NCBI RefSeq assembly: GCF_001194135.2 | Contig: NC_068987.1 | Coordinates: 102,814,171 to 102,878,170, forward strand | DNA length: 64,000 bases | Direction: 5' to 3' | Origin: Octopus bimaculoides | Taxonomy: Eukaryota | Program-made: the position numbers and the translations under genes | Shown here: positions 38,906 to 51,488 of the stretch, one piece after another | Layout: every line of letters begins with the position of its first letter | How positions within the stretch are numbered: position 1 is the first letter of the stretch | Notes under the pieces: generated by a model | What the model was told of the DNA's origin: nothing | What the model saw: the letters and a program-made list of their open reading frames with translations, nothing else | Databases searched by the model: none

Positions 38906-39650
38906 GAGTAGTTTTATTTTTATAACGTGCTTTCACTTCACTACCGAGCGCAGCTCTGTGTGCCTTGGGTATGTGCTGTGGTTTGTTGTGGTGCTCTTAT
39001 GGTTATGTATTGAAAGTGTTTTGCGTAGGATGTGTGCAGTGCCCAGTAGTGCAATTTTCTGTATGTTATATATATTTGTAAGTCCTGGTGTTTTTGTTAT
39101 GTATTTGTCTGAATATTTTGTTTATTATNNNNNNNNNNNNNNNNNNNNNNNNNNNNNNNNNNNNNNNNNNNNNNNNNNNNNNNNNNNNNNNNNNNNNNNN
39201 NNNNNNNNNNNNNNNNNNNNNNNNNNNNNNNNNNNNNNNNNNNNNNNNNNNNNNNNNNNNNNNNNNNNNNNNNNNNNNNNNNNNNNNNNNNNNNNNNNNN
39301 NNNNNNNNNNNNNNNNNNNNNNNNNNNNNNNNNNNNNNNNNNNNNNNNNNNNNNNNNNNNNNNNNNNNNNNNNNNNNNNNNNNNNNNNNNNNNNNNNNNN
39401 NNNNNNNNNNNNNNNNNNNNNNNNNNNNNNNNNNNNNNNNNNNNNNNNNNNNNNNNNNNNNGGCATATCCCAGAATATGGTTGCTTTCTCGTTTTCTGCA
39501 ACCTTTTCTGGCGTGTGTTTATACCATCTTTTTTCTGTTGTTATTCCATAGTGTTAGCATAGCTTCCAGTGTATATAGGTCCCAGCTCTGTCGTGTCTGT
39601 GAATATATTCCTTCTTAGCCAGGACTGGGCAGCCAGAGATAATATGATTT
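38906..39650 (-). mobile_element. R4/Dong-clade (restriction-like endonuclease) non-LTR retrotransposon, 5'-truncated, inside (TAA)n
   Basis: NHIISGCPVLAKKEYIHRHDRAGTYIHWKLC*HYGITTEKRWYKHTPEKVAENEKATIFWDM, then the N gap, then KYITKTPGLTNIYNIQKIALLGTAHILRKTL. This is the zinc-knuckle/RLE C-terminus typical of R4-clade elements. (ATT)n lies on both sides (38820-38905 and 39650-39731). Confidence 0.85.
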
Positions 39651-39663
39651 ATTGTTATTATTA

Positions 39664-39730
<67 letters not shown>

Positions 39731-40794
39731 CATGACCGCCATACCGTAAAGTTACGGAAATTTGGAGCTTCGTAATTCGAAAAAGTATTTGTAATCTTTT
39801 CGGCCTTCTAAGGCCTCGTGTTTTCATTTTATTGTCACCATTGCATTTCTAAAATTGTCTGGACTACGCAGATAGTATATTTGTATAGAAACACCCCTGA
39901 TTTGCAGAAGAGCGCATCAATATTTTTTAAAATCTTAACAACTTTCGGGAAGAAAAATTATATTTTGCTCTATTCATTATTCAGTTAAAGATGGCTGATA
40001 AAGAAGCCATCGACAAACGAACTCGTTCCTCGTCGGTTAAAAATTAACAAAAATGTCGAATGGCCTAAACTTAATGACGACACCGAGTCGAATACTGTTT
40101 CGTCTCTAAGCAACGTTAAAACTTTCAATGATGACAACGACGACAATAACAACAGCATAAGCAGCAGTGACAACAACAACAACATCAACAACAACAACAG
40201 CAACAACAACAGCAACAACAATACGAAAGAAATAAAATACAAAAACACGAATATTGCTTCCCCTTCTTTTGCCTTTGCAGAGAGAAATATGAAACATTTC
40301 TGCATAGGTGAAGAAAATTCAAAAATAGCAAAGAAAATTGTAAACAGGAATAGAAGTGTAACTCTAAACCCTCAATCCGACGTGATAGAAAATATCTTAT
40401 GACGCACTGTCACATACCGCTGTATTGCAGTTAAGTCACGCTGAGTGGAAAATGCTTCTGAGAGCGAAATATATAAAAAGGCGTGTGTGGAACCAAATGA
40501 CCCACATCGCCTGAGAAATGAAGTTTGGAACTATTGAGGTGAGATTTGGGATGAAAGAAGAAGCCAAGTGTAATTCCGTGACCATTTTGAGGAATGACAC
40601 ATTTTTCTTTATCCCCAGCTATCGTAGCCAATGCCTTGACAACTTTAGGGTGTGGAATGTGCCGCCAGAAATATCCATTACCTGGTTAGTGGCAGCCGTT
40701 TTGGCGGGCTTTCTCCCCTGCAATAGGGAAAAATAAACTACCTCTACTGCCAACACTACCAATACCACTGCTGCAGAAGCTGGAAAAATCAAGA

Positions 40795-42420
40795 GACCTC
40801 CTTTTAGAAATTGGACTCGGGAGAGCAGTGTCGTTGTGCGTGGACGTCACTGTCATGATGTCGGACACCCCTTTATTGGAGACGGTCGGCTCCACTGTAA
40901 GGGAATATGAGTCGGTTGCAGGGGCCAAAATCAACGCCGATAAGTCGGTGGGATTGCAACTGGGCACCTGGAGAGGCAGATCGATGCCATCGGGCGGCGT
41001 CGTCGTCGGGCCCTTGACTGACGGAGCAGTTCAACTGCTTGGGGCCTGGTTTGGTCAACACCTCCAGGTAGATAAGAATTGCGAAGAGGTGACGAAGAGG
41101 ATGACAGAGAGGAAGTTGTCCCTGAATGGTCTGGCAGAGTTGACGAATGTCTACATCGCTTCTACCGTCGTGCTTTGCTCCAGTTACTGCATGATTAGAT
41201 TGGAGCGTATCCTGTTCGTTTTCTTATGGAAGGGACGCGTTCTAATCATCGGGTGCTAGGTCTGCTGCCAACTCCCTCTGCATAGTGACTTAGGCATGCT
41301 GTGGCTTTGGATGTGCAGACACGCACTCAAGGTGCGCCGTCTGCAACGATTTCTAGAAGGTGAAGTGGTGTGCGCTCCGTTTGTGAGACACGTCTTTCCA
41401 CAACTCTTCTTGATGGAGCTGCTGTCCTGCGTAAAGGATAGGCCGTAACTGGGCGCCTGGCACTTCAAATGTCGTCAGGCGCTCACTGTCCTCTACAAGT
41501 CGGGCTATAGCATCGATGGATGTTCCACTTTAGCTATATACAGAGGATTAGTAGTGGGGAAGTGCGACGACATCCTCGGGGAGATTTTACGCGTCGACGA
41601 AGATGAACTGGCAAGTCTGTTCCGTAGGGATTTCCGGCCGGGGACTATCATGGTTAATTTCTAGATGTCTTTGACCTGGCATTGCTACCAGAGGGCGATA
41701 CCGGTCCGAGATAAACTCTACAGGTATAGATGTGCTATCAGACGGGCTTGTCCGAGGGGCTCGCAGAACAACGTAACCGTTTTTGTATTTACGCGTTCAG
41801 TGTCCGGGCATTGCTGACATGTAGAGTTATGTCGAGCAGCTGCTGTCGAGTGTGGGATGGATTCATCTGCCAGTCGAGTCCATAATGAGGATTGCCCCGC
41901 CGCCCTCCTTTAATCGAGCAGGCAAGGCAGTTTTCCTTTGGCTGGTGGCCGTGGCGAAAGAGGTTGTCTGATGGACGAGGCTGAAAAAAATGAGGACAGA
42001 AACATTCCTCTTTCATAAAGCTCTCATCGACTTTTCCAAGTTTCACTTGAATCGGTGGGTGAGGGTGGAGACGGAGGTGTTGTGCTGTCTTCGAGTGAAT
42101 TTATGAAAAGGTGGGTGAAAGTTGCGAAAATGTCTTAGTGTAAATCTGTGAGTCCAAAAAAAAAAGGTGTTGGAGAGAGCACTCGTCCTTGGTATTCAGG
42201 GTAACCTTGGATGGCAGGGTTTCTCGATTATCCCCATGGGTCTTCCTGTATCAGGGATATCCCATCACTATCATTTTCCCCTCTTCTAGTGTCGTATACT
42301 ACATATACTGTTTATTTTATTTATTTATTTATTTGTCATTCCAACGTATGTAACCCCCACATTTTATGTCAGTCTTTGTATTGTCCCACTCATTCTTCAT
42401 CTGGTGGCAAATAAAAGAAA
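40795..42420 (+). mobile_element. L1/Tx1-clade LINE, 5'-truncated and degraded
   Basis: VSLCVDVTV (degenerate YADDVTV), YESVAGAKINADKSVGLQLG, LLGAWFG, RKLSLNG, LERILFVFLWKG, LGMLWL and AIPVRDKLYR, followed by a 3' UTR ending near AATAAAAGAAA. Confidence 0.85.
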
Positions 42421-42434
42421 TTACTACTACTACT

Positions 42435-42488
<54 letters not shown>

Positions 42489-43142
42489 TACACAACTCAA
42501 GGCAATATTAACAGATCTATAGCTTCCAACAAGTGCCAGTACAAATGCAATTGAAATAAAACAATAGAAGGTGATAACAAATGTAGTAGAACTACACAAA
42601 CAACAAGAGTAACAATGAAATCTCCCGCAAAGATGACACCAAAAATAACACTATAACAGCAACAACAATGGGCACTAACATTGCATTCTCTGGTATTTAT
42701 AGTACAGTCTACTCGAAACCGTATCTAACCAATGCTAATTAACGACAGGCCAACAGTTTATTTTCCATAAAGCCTTTTGTTCACTTTCAAATAACATCTG
42801 TCATCTTCTTAACCTCAATTGCCATAATTGGCACAACTGATTTCTCTACTATTCATTCAACTCTTCAGTTCTCCTATTGTGGTCAATTCTATTGAACGCA
42901 AAGTCTTCTATCAACTGCTGTCATTGTCCATTTCGGTATTCACCTTTATTTGAATAAAGCGCTTATTTTCGGCACGATGTTTCTCTATAAATCTTGTTAA
43001 ATTAAACTTTCTATTTAAGGTCAATGCGAAAGTTTTAAGTGTTACTGAATGTTTCACTCATCTTTCTCTTAATTTTATTATTCGAGTTTTACAAAAACAC
43101 CTACACACATGCACACACACATATATATACGCATAGATATGT

Positions 43143-43197
<55 letters not shown>

Positions 43198-43419
43198 TAG
43201 ATATATATACGCATATATAAAAATGTATATATACATACACACACATATTCACACACATATATATACACACATACATAAATAGTTATATATATGTAATATA
43301 TACATACATGATTACATGTATATATATTATGTATATATATTTGTTAGTGTAAGTGTGTATATATGTATGTGTATAGTCATACATAGATGTCTATATATAT
43401 ATATATATATGTATGTGTT

Positions 43420-43472
<53 letters not shown>

Positions 43473-45042
43473 CAACCGACACACGCGTATCTATATATGT
43501 GCAAGTAACGGAATGTATCTAACGTTTATGCATATGTGTTTAGGTACATACTTAAAGACAGACACATAAATACGCAATCTTCCTCGTAAAAATAAATATT
43601 CCTAGAGTTGATTAATGTTACATTATTTCAAGAGTCGTTCATCAGAGAGGTAGTTTGGCAAAAGCAAAGTAGTTGTATTGGTTGAATGAGTTTCAGAGCT
43701 GCGAACATCAAAAGAACTGAGATGATTGTAGTTGTAATAAAAGACACAGAGAGAGAACAAAAGATCCATTAGTCCGGTGCCTATATCTCGTTGGGAAGAG
43801 AACTATTTCCTACACTTATTCTAGGAGGATATATAAGTATACTATTAGTGGGAGTTTTACCGTTATCATCCCATATTTTTTGTACATATTTTGGATTAAT
43901 TTATTCAACATGTCTATCCTTTATAAAATGTGATCTTAAGTGAGGCATGGCAGTTATTTCTAGCTGTTTAAGTGACTGCATCGTGGTGTCTCCTTTAGTG
44001 AAAAGTTTCTGCACAACTCATCTATTTATATTATATTACAAAATAGAGAACATCACCGTTGCGTGATACAGATTACTATCTTGTCCCCCAACGCATTGCA
44101 TTGCTGAGTGCAAAGGTCATTCCAAAAGGACTGGAATGAGAGAGAAAGACGCAACAATGTGGGAATGTCGTAGAAAGTAAACAGTCGTCCGTGATGTTAA
44201 AATTTTGATATTTCACATATACAAGTTCTTTCATGGTTGAATGAGTTAGTTTCCGTCGGTTGACGCAAGTTTCGTAAAAAACGGGATCTTTTGTTAGATC
44301 TGTACATTGAAATAGTCAGACTTGTCACAGGGTAAATCTCGTTTATTCTACGCAAGCATTGTACACCTGCATAACTGTCTTTGACAATGCTGAGCCACTT
44401 ACACGATGATTGAAGGATTAGGGGGTTTTATAGATCGAATAACTGAAAACTAAATTTCAAGTTCTACATAACATTCATCGAAGCTTCACGATAAATGTGT
44501 GCTACAAAATATCCATTTGTAAATAACAGGAAATGACTCACCATCTGTTTCAACGAGGAGGATTTAATTGTTGAATCAGCTGAATTAGCGGCTGACTAAA
44601 TTACTGAATAAATGGCTGAATGTTCCGCTGACATGTAAACAACCTGATGGTCTGTGTAACACAGTATGTGACAAAATAGTACCATTTAAATGCATCAGGT
44701 GCAATCTATATGATGAGTTTCTACATAGTTTCCTCTGTCCAGTTTCTTGAAGCGATGCCATTGGTAAAATATACTTTCCCTAGATGCTCCGCAATATTGT
44801 CAAACTAGGAAACACGTAATTGCGAAACGAACATCCTAATCGGTTGCTCAAGCTGCCTCTACTACGTATTTATAAGTATTTATGTGTAAAGAGAGAAAGA
44901 GATCAAGAATGAGTGAGTGAGTGAGTGAATGAATGTGTGAGTGAGTGAGTGAGTAGCACATGATACAGGAAGTCAACGACCGGTACAGAGATTTATACTT
45001 ATCAAAGTTATGGAGATAACGTTTTATGTATGTAAGCATGTA

Positions 45043-45078
<36 letters not shown>

Positions 45079-45369
45079 TGTATGTATGTATGTATGTATG
45101 ATTGAATAGATACAAAAGAGCTAAGCAGATAGATAGAGAGAAAGACGTATTGGTTGGAGTATGATTAGGTAAGTGAATATGTGTACACGATTATTTCAAA
45201 ACGCAGTTATACTAAGATTAGAACAAGTAATGTATTACTGAAGGGAATATATGGATTGAAATCATATGCTCCACAGGGTCAACTAGTGGTCACATGGCAC
45301 ATTACGTTCTTGTTTATTATATTTCATGCTACCTTACTTTCTCTCATTCTTTCTTCGTTTCTTCTTTTC

Positions 45370-45424
<55 letters not shown>

Positions 45425-45591
45425 CCATCATTCTTTCTTTCTTTCTTTATTGCATACTTTCTATTCCTCTCTCGCATGCTCCCACTTTCTATTTATACAT
45501 GTATATATGCCTATTTCTATCTATACATCTACCTGTCTAGCTATATATCTTTCTATGTCTATCTGTGCGTGTCTCTCTCTTTTGCTCTTCT

Positions 45592-45718
<127 letters not shown>

Positions 45719-46354
45719 GCATATGTATACACATGTATATGTATGAACGGACATGAATATGCATATGCGTTCATGTCAGTGCTTGTGAACGCTGCTATTT
45801 GTGCTTGTCTTTACGCGTGTGTGTTTACTGAATATTTATAGACAAACCAGTAGACATGCATACACACATATATACATATACATTTACACATACACTCATA
45901 CGTCTATAATACAGTCATAGAAAATCGATACCTGTAAGTGTCAACCTAAAACATATTTCTAATATCATAATCAACCATAAAAAGCATTAAAGTCAGTCCG
46001 TCTCGTTTTCCAGTCGGCTTAACAAGAACAGAAACCCAGAAGCCGATACGAAACTTTCGTCTTTGACTAATCCCAAGAGCCAGTAGAGACAAACACTTAA
46101 ACATGTACAGATACAGACTTGTATATGAATGCGTGTATGTGAGTGCGAGTGTGTGTTTCTGTAGCAGACAACACTATTATGAATATTGTAAATAGATTAA
46201 TATAAGTTTTCTCGCATTCTTTCCATCATTTCTCAACCTCCAGTCTACCCAACTTGTTTTCATTTCATCTCACTTTCATTCTCTTAAGCTGTCCTCTCTA
46301 TCTCTCTCTATCTTTGTATGTCTAATAATTTTATACAAATATGTGCCTGTGTAA

Positions 46355-46415
<61 letters not shown>

Positions 46416-46451
46416 NNNNNNNNNNTGTGTGTGTGTGTGTTTATGTGTAAG

Positions 46452-46488
<37 letters not shown>

Positions 46489-47049
46489 ATATATCTATCC
46501 CATTATATGTGCGTGTGTGTGTATTTATACCCATAGGCATATATCTGCATATATCGGATATATGTATGTATATACGTATGTATGTATCTATCTATCTATG
46601 TATCTACCTCTCTCTATATTTGTATGTATGTGCATATATATATGTGTATATATATGTGTATGTGTGTATGTATTCATATATATAGGTACAAACTTATGCT
46701 TATAAGTATATGTATATGATTATAACTCTATATATATAGACATACGTATGTATGTCAATAAGTATATGAATATATATAGCTATCAATATATTTTATTCAC
46801 TGTAAATATATCGCTGAAAGACAATTTACTGCGGAGTTCATCCGAAGATAACATCTCTTATGCTGTGTTTAAAAACATACTTTATATTGGAGACAGACGA
46901 AAATGGTTTCCGCAGCGGCTAGCGAGAAAACGTACGTAGGAACAAATAATATAAATTTCTGTTTTATGTTATTCCCCATATATATATATATATATGTGGG
47001 GGGGGGGGGTGTCTGTGTGTGTGTGTGTCTGTGTGTGTGTGTGTGTCTA

Positions 47050-48182
47050 CAGGATGAAGCAGAAAGGACGGACGTTTTTGAAAAATTCACGAAATCATTA
47101 CTTTTATGTGCAAACAAATTTTATTGACATCGATATTTTCGTACTGAAGTAGCATTTGTTGAAATCAACTGAAGGATACCACATTCGTCATATGGCGGCT
47201 GATTTCATTGATGCATTTTTGAAGGAGGTATTCTTAAAAGTTGGCCTCCGCTCTCTCCAAAATTGGTCTGTGTGTTTGGGTAACTTCCACGCAAATCGCT
47301 TCATTCAAATCGGCCAGTGTACGGGGCTTATGCGCATGCACACGTACTTTGAGGTTTACCCTCAAGAAATAATTACACATGGACAAATAAGGGGACCAAG
47401 GGGGCCAAGAATGGTCAGCAAACCTGGAAATGAGGCAGTAATCGAAGAGAGGGTGAAGAACGTCCATTGATGCTCTGGTTGTGTGGTCCCTCGCCTCATC
47501 CTGCTGAAACCATATACGTCGAACAGGCCTACACTTTCGTCGTTATTCAAGCACAAGAAAGTTGTTTATCACTTCGATGTAATGCTCAGTATTTCCATTA
47601 TTGGCTTTAAAAAGTAACGTTCAATGACAGCAGCTGTACCAAAAGCACACCAGACCGTCACTATTTTTGGGCTAAGCAGTGGCCTTTCGTGCAGCGCTCT
47701 CGGATTTTCAAGAGCGCAATAACGACAGTTTTGTTGACTCAACATGTCAATGAGATAAAAATGACCTTCATCACTCATTGACAAAATGAGGTTTGCCTCA
47801 AAAATTGCTTCAATGTGGTCCACATTTTCGCAGTCCGTACCGTTTGTGGCGCCCCCACTAGTTTCATATTCATCAGTGTATTTCGTATCAGAAATGCATT
47901 CAGCCAACGTAAAATTATGTAACGCGTGGGAACAGCCTGATCTCGGTAAATGTTGAAGTGGCGGCGAAACTAACGCTGGACTGCTGCGACAGACTCGATA
48001 TTCTTCACGTAACTGTCATAGGCAAATATGCGATGCTCTATCGTACACAACGCCATGGCTTCACCTGAAAAGAACAAAAAATGTGAAGAGACCACGTACA
48101 GAATACTACCTGTCGAACATATGTCCCTCCCGCTGGGGATGAGTAATAACCATTTAAAAACATCCGCCCACTCTGCCCCATC

Positions 48183-48185
<3 letters not shown>
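47050..48185 (-). mobile_element. rosa/DD41D-family Tc1/mariner relic with both TIRs, internally deleted
   Basis: ATG at 48056 starts MALCTIEHRIFAYDSYVKNIESVAAVQR*FRRHFN. Further motifs are MSDEGHF...QQNCRYCALENPR...VTVWCAFG, and WFQQD followed by 41 residues to N (normally D) in WPPWSPYLSMCNYFL. Degenerate TIRs CAGGATGAAGCAGAAAGGACGGACGTTTTT (47050) and AAAAACATCCGCCCACTCTGCCCCATCCTC (to 48185), both with TA flanks. Confidence 0.88.
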
Positions 48186-48214
<29 letters not shown>

Positions 48215-49302
48215 ANNNNNNNNNNNNNNNNNNNNNNNNNNNNNNNNNNNNNNNNNNNNNNNNNNNNNNNNNNNNNNNNNNNNNNNNNNNNNNNNNNNNN
48301 NNNNNNNNNNNNNNNNNNNNNNNNNNNNNNNNNNNNNNNNNNNNNNNNNNNNNNNNNNNNNNNNNNNNNNNNNNNNNNNNNNNNNNNNNNNNNNNNNNNN
48401 NNNNNNNNNNNNNNNNNNNNNNNNNNNNNNNNNNNNNNNNNNNNNNNNNNNNNNNNNNNNNNNNNNNNNNNNNNNNNNNNNNNNNNNNNNNNNNNNNNNN
48501 NNNNNNNNNNNNNNNNNNNNNNNNNNNNNNNNNNNNNNNNNNNNNNNNNNNNNNNNNNNNNNNNNNNNNNNNNNNNNNNNNNNNNNNNNNNNNNNNNNNN
48601 NNNNNNNNNNNNNNNNNNNNNNNNNNNNNNNNNNNNNNNNATATATATGCATGTTTATATGCATGTTTATATATATATATATTTAAATATATTAAAAAAT
48701 CAATAAAAGAAAATGGAGAAGAAAAATATAATAGATGCTTGGTTCGTTTTATTTGTATCACAATGGAAAAGTAAAGAAAATTAAAGGAGATAACTATAAG
48801 AACAAGTATAAAAAGAATCTCATCAACAAAACAACAAATAAATATAAAAAATAATCCTACATGTGTTTCAATCCTACAGTATGTTTGAATCATCAAAATC
48901 GTAGGTTTCATAGATGTAGTGAACGATATATTCTGGATATCTTCAAGGAAAAGTAAGCATATTGTCCAGACTTGGATTACAAAATAACTTATTTGAGGAC
49001 TATGTTTAGGAATTTCTAAACGTAAACAACACCTTATTAGGAGGCAGTGTTCATGTGATTAGAAATTGATCGTTTAAAATTTCACAAATATTGAAAGTTG
49101 AAACGCTGCTAAAACATAAAATTCATTTGAAATATATATCTATAATTATATCTAAATTTATATTTAAATATATTTATAAAAGTTTATGTGAGGGAGGTAG
49201 TAGAAAGACAGATGTTACTTATCATGAGGGGTGTAATATACAAAGAATTAGATTGGGAAATGTTAATAAAGATTGGAAGAAAAGTATATTTATACTATAC
49301 AA

Positions 49303-49349
<47 letters not shown>

Positions 49350-49850
49350 AGTACTACAGAGAAATATATTTATATTTATAATTATAAAAGTTTATGGAAG
49401 GAAGATGGGATAAATACAAATATAACGTAACATGAGTGGTTTAATATACAAAGAATTAGATTGGGAAATGTTAATAAAGAGGATATGTTAAGTTTGTTTA
49501 TATTATACTACTATAATGTTTTTTTAGAATTACTAGAGAGAGATATTATAACATTGGTGTCATTTAGGATTAAATTGGTTAGGATATAATTTCCGGTGTT
49601 CTAAGAAAACATATAAGGTATGTAAAAATATTAGGTATATATAAAAAATAACTGTATTGTACTAACTTACGAAATGCTAGAACAATTAATAAACGGTGTT
49701 ACAGGATAAATTCACTAGATCAAAATGTAATTAGTAATTAGTTATATGGTTAATCACTTCAGATTTTCTTATACAAATGCAAAATAATTATATATTATTA
49801 TTTACATTATTTACATTTGACTGATATTTGTCCTCATCTTGTTTGTTGTT

Positions 49851-49896
49851 AAGACAACGTTTCGGCTGATATACACTCCAGCCTTCATCAGGTGTC
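49851..49896 (-). ncRNA. Minimal type I hammerhead ribozyme motif with intact core
   Basis: GACAC-CUGAUGA-A-GGCUG[GAGUGUAUAU]CAGCC-GAAAC-GUU-GUCUU: canonical CUGAUGA/GAAA core, 5-bp stem II, palindromic ACGU stem III, one mismatch in stem I. Confidence 0.75.
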
Positions 49897-49958
49897 TTGG
49901 GGAAATTTCGAACCTTGGTTCTCATTCTTAAGGTATTTTTAGATATTATTATTATTAT

Positions 49959-50020
<62 letters not shown>

Positions 50021-50088
50021 TTGTTGTTGTTGTTGTTGTTGTTGTTGTTATTATTATTATTGATAATAGTAGTCGTAGTAGTAGTACT

Positions 50089-50150
50089 CAGGTCACTGCC
50101 TGAAATCGAACTCAGAATCTTGGGGTTAGTAGCTCGCGCTCTTAACCACT
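50089..50150 (-). mobile_element. 5'-truncated tRNA-like SINE head
   Basis: Reverse complement AGTGGTTAAGAGCGCGAGCTACTAACCCCAAGATTCTGAGTTCGATTTCAGGCAGTGACCTG: partial A box and a near-consensus B box. Confidence 0.7.
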
Positions 50151-50207
50151 AAAATAACATCGAAAAATACCTTAGGAATAAGAACCCAGGTTCGAGATTT
50201 CCCCCAA

Positions 50208-50253
50208 GACACCTGTTGAAGGCTGGAGGGTATATCAGCCGAAACGTTGTGTT
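50208..50253 (+). ncRNA. Minimal type I hammerhead motif with an A6U core lesion
   Basis: GACAC-CUGUUGA-A-GGCUG[GAGGGUAUAU]CAGCC-GAAAC-GUU-GUGUU: stem I pairs fully (one G-U), but the core carries A6U. Confidence 0.65.
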
Positions 50254-50989
50254 AACAACAAACAAGATGAGGACAAATATCCGTCAAATGTAAATAATGG
50301 AAATAATGGAAATAATGTACATAATTCCTCATCTCTTAAGTATAGAACTGAAATATATATTAATAAATATATATCGACTCTCCAATTTTCTTTTATCTTT
50401 TGTATGTGTATAGAAAGAAAATGTCGGATGAAATAGGTTATAGAAAATTAGATTTGAATCCCAATCCTGCCATAAACCATTTTGGCCCTCTTCCTTTAAG
50501 TTCTTCACAAAATAAAGAAACATTGCAGTACCGCCTTCAGGCGTGAGTGCACTAAGTTAAATACCAGGACCGTCAAGAATGACTATATCCAATTCTTAAA
50601 TTACGAGAACCCTGTTGAGGAATAATGACTCCATGCCCTAGGAAATTGTATTTGATTTCCATGGGTAGTGATTAGGGAGAAATTTTCTTGGTGGTATTCT
50701 TATTGATGTAAGAGCAGGTGTTCCTGCAGGAGAATTGGTGCTGATGAAAATTTACCTGTGGGGTGTCATGGCGGTAATAGTGAGCTGATGTTTTTGTAGG
50801 CTTTAGGGATAGCAGAGTGGACTATATTGCTGTTAAGAAGACACTTGTGGAGTGCTAGAGTCATCATACCTTAAGAGAAAATTAGTAATATGATTTGTGA
50901 AATCTCTGTACTTTCTAAGATCTCCCGCAGAGATACTAATAACAAACTACATCGGTTCGCTTTGAACAAGGTTTCAGTGTGTTAATGTA

Positions 50990-51250
50990 AGGTATTGTAC
51001 ACTAGCTTCGGGAAATAGAAGATTGCAAATTTTATTGAGACCTACAGCATTCAGAAAGTAGGTTTAATTGTGAAGAACACACCAATGAAAACCTGAGAAA
51101 GTGAGGAAGCGTTCTACTGTCACGTGTGCCATTAACGTAATACTAAGGCAGAATCATTTGGACACAGTGTGATTACTTATAAATTTCATTTGTAAGGTAT
51201 AGCATAACCAGAGGCTATGTTTAACTGGACATATTGAAGAAGCCACATTG
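50990..51250 (+). mobile_element. Possible very old RTE-like LINE fragment
   Basis: AINVILRQNH...QRLCLTGHI loosely resembles ALNISWRQH...RRLRLAGHC; stops are present. Confidence 0.3.
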
Positions 51251-51411
51251 GGAGAATAAACCTGTGACTTCGCGGTCGCGAAGCGTACTTCGTAGTCATT
51301 CGTCTAAACTAAACATATATGTGCGTACGTATATATGAGGGTTTGTGTGTGTTTCTGTGTCTGTGTGTGCGTGTGCGTGTGCACGCGTAGTGCATGTGTT
51401 AATTATATAGA

Positions 51412-51445
<34 letters not shown>

Positions 51446-51455
51446 NNNNNNNNNN

Positions 51456-51488
<33 letters not shown>

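Larger units (their letters stand above)
49100..50330 (-). mobile_element. Probable Penelope-like element 5' region with direct and inverted pLTR arms
   Basis: ~149-bp inverted arms (49796-49944 and 50159-50307), each holding a hammerhead motif. The AT-rich minus-strand sequence downstream weakly resembles PLE N-terminal coding sequence. Confidence 0.55.

Noticed and set aside
42690-42725. Hammerhead-like half AGTA-CAGTC-TACT-C-GAAAC-CGTA
   Set aside because: No CUGANGA-like core and no stem I.
44775-44804. 30-nt minus-strand micro-exon candidate (FDNIAEHLGK)
   Set aside because: Moderate splice sites, no partner exon and no homology; expected by chance at this length.
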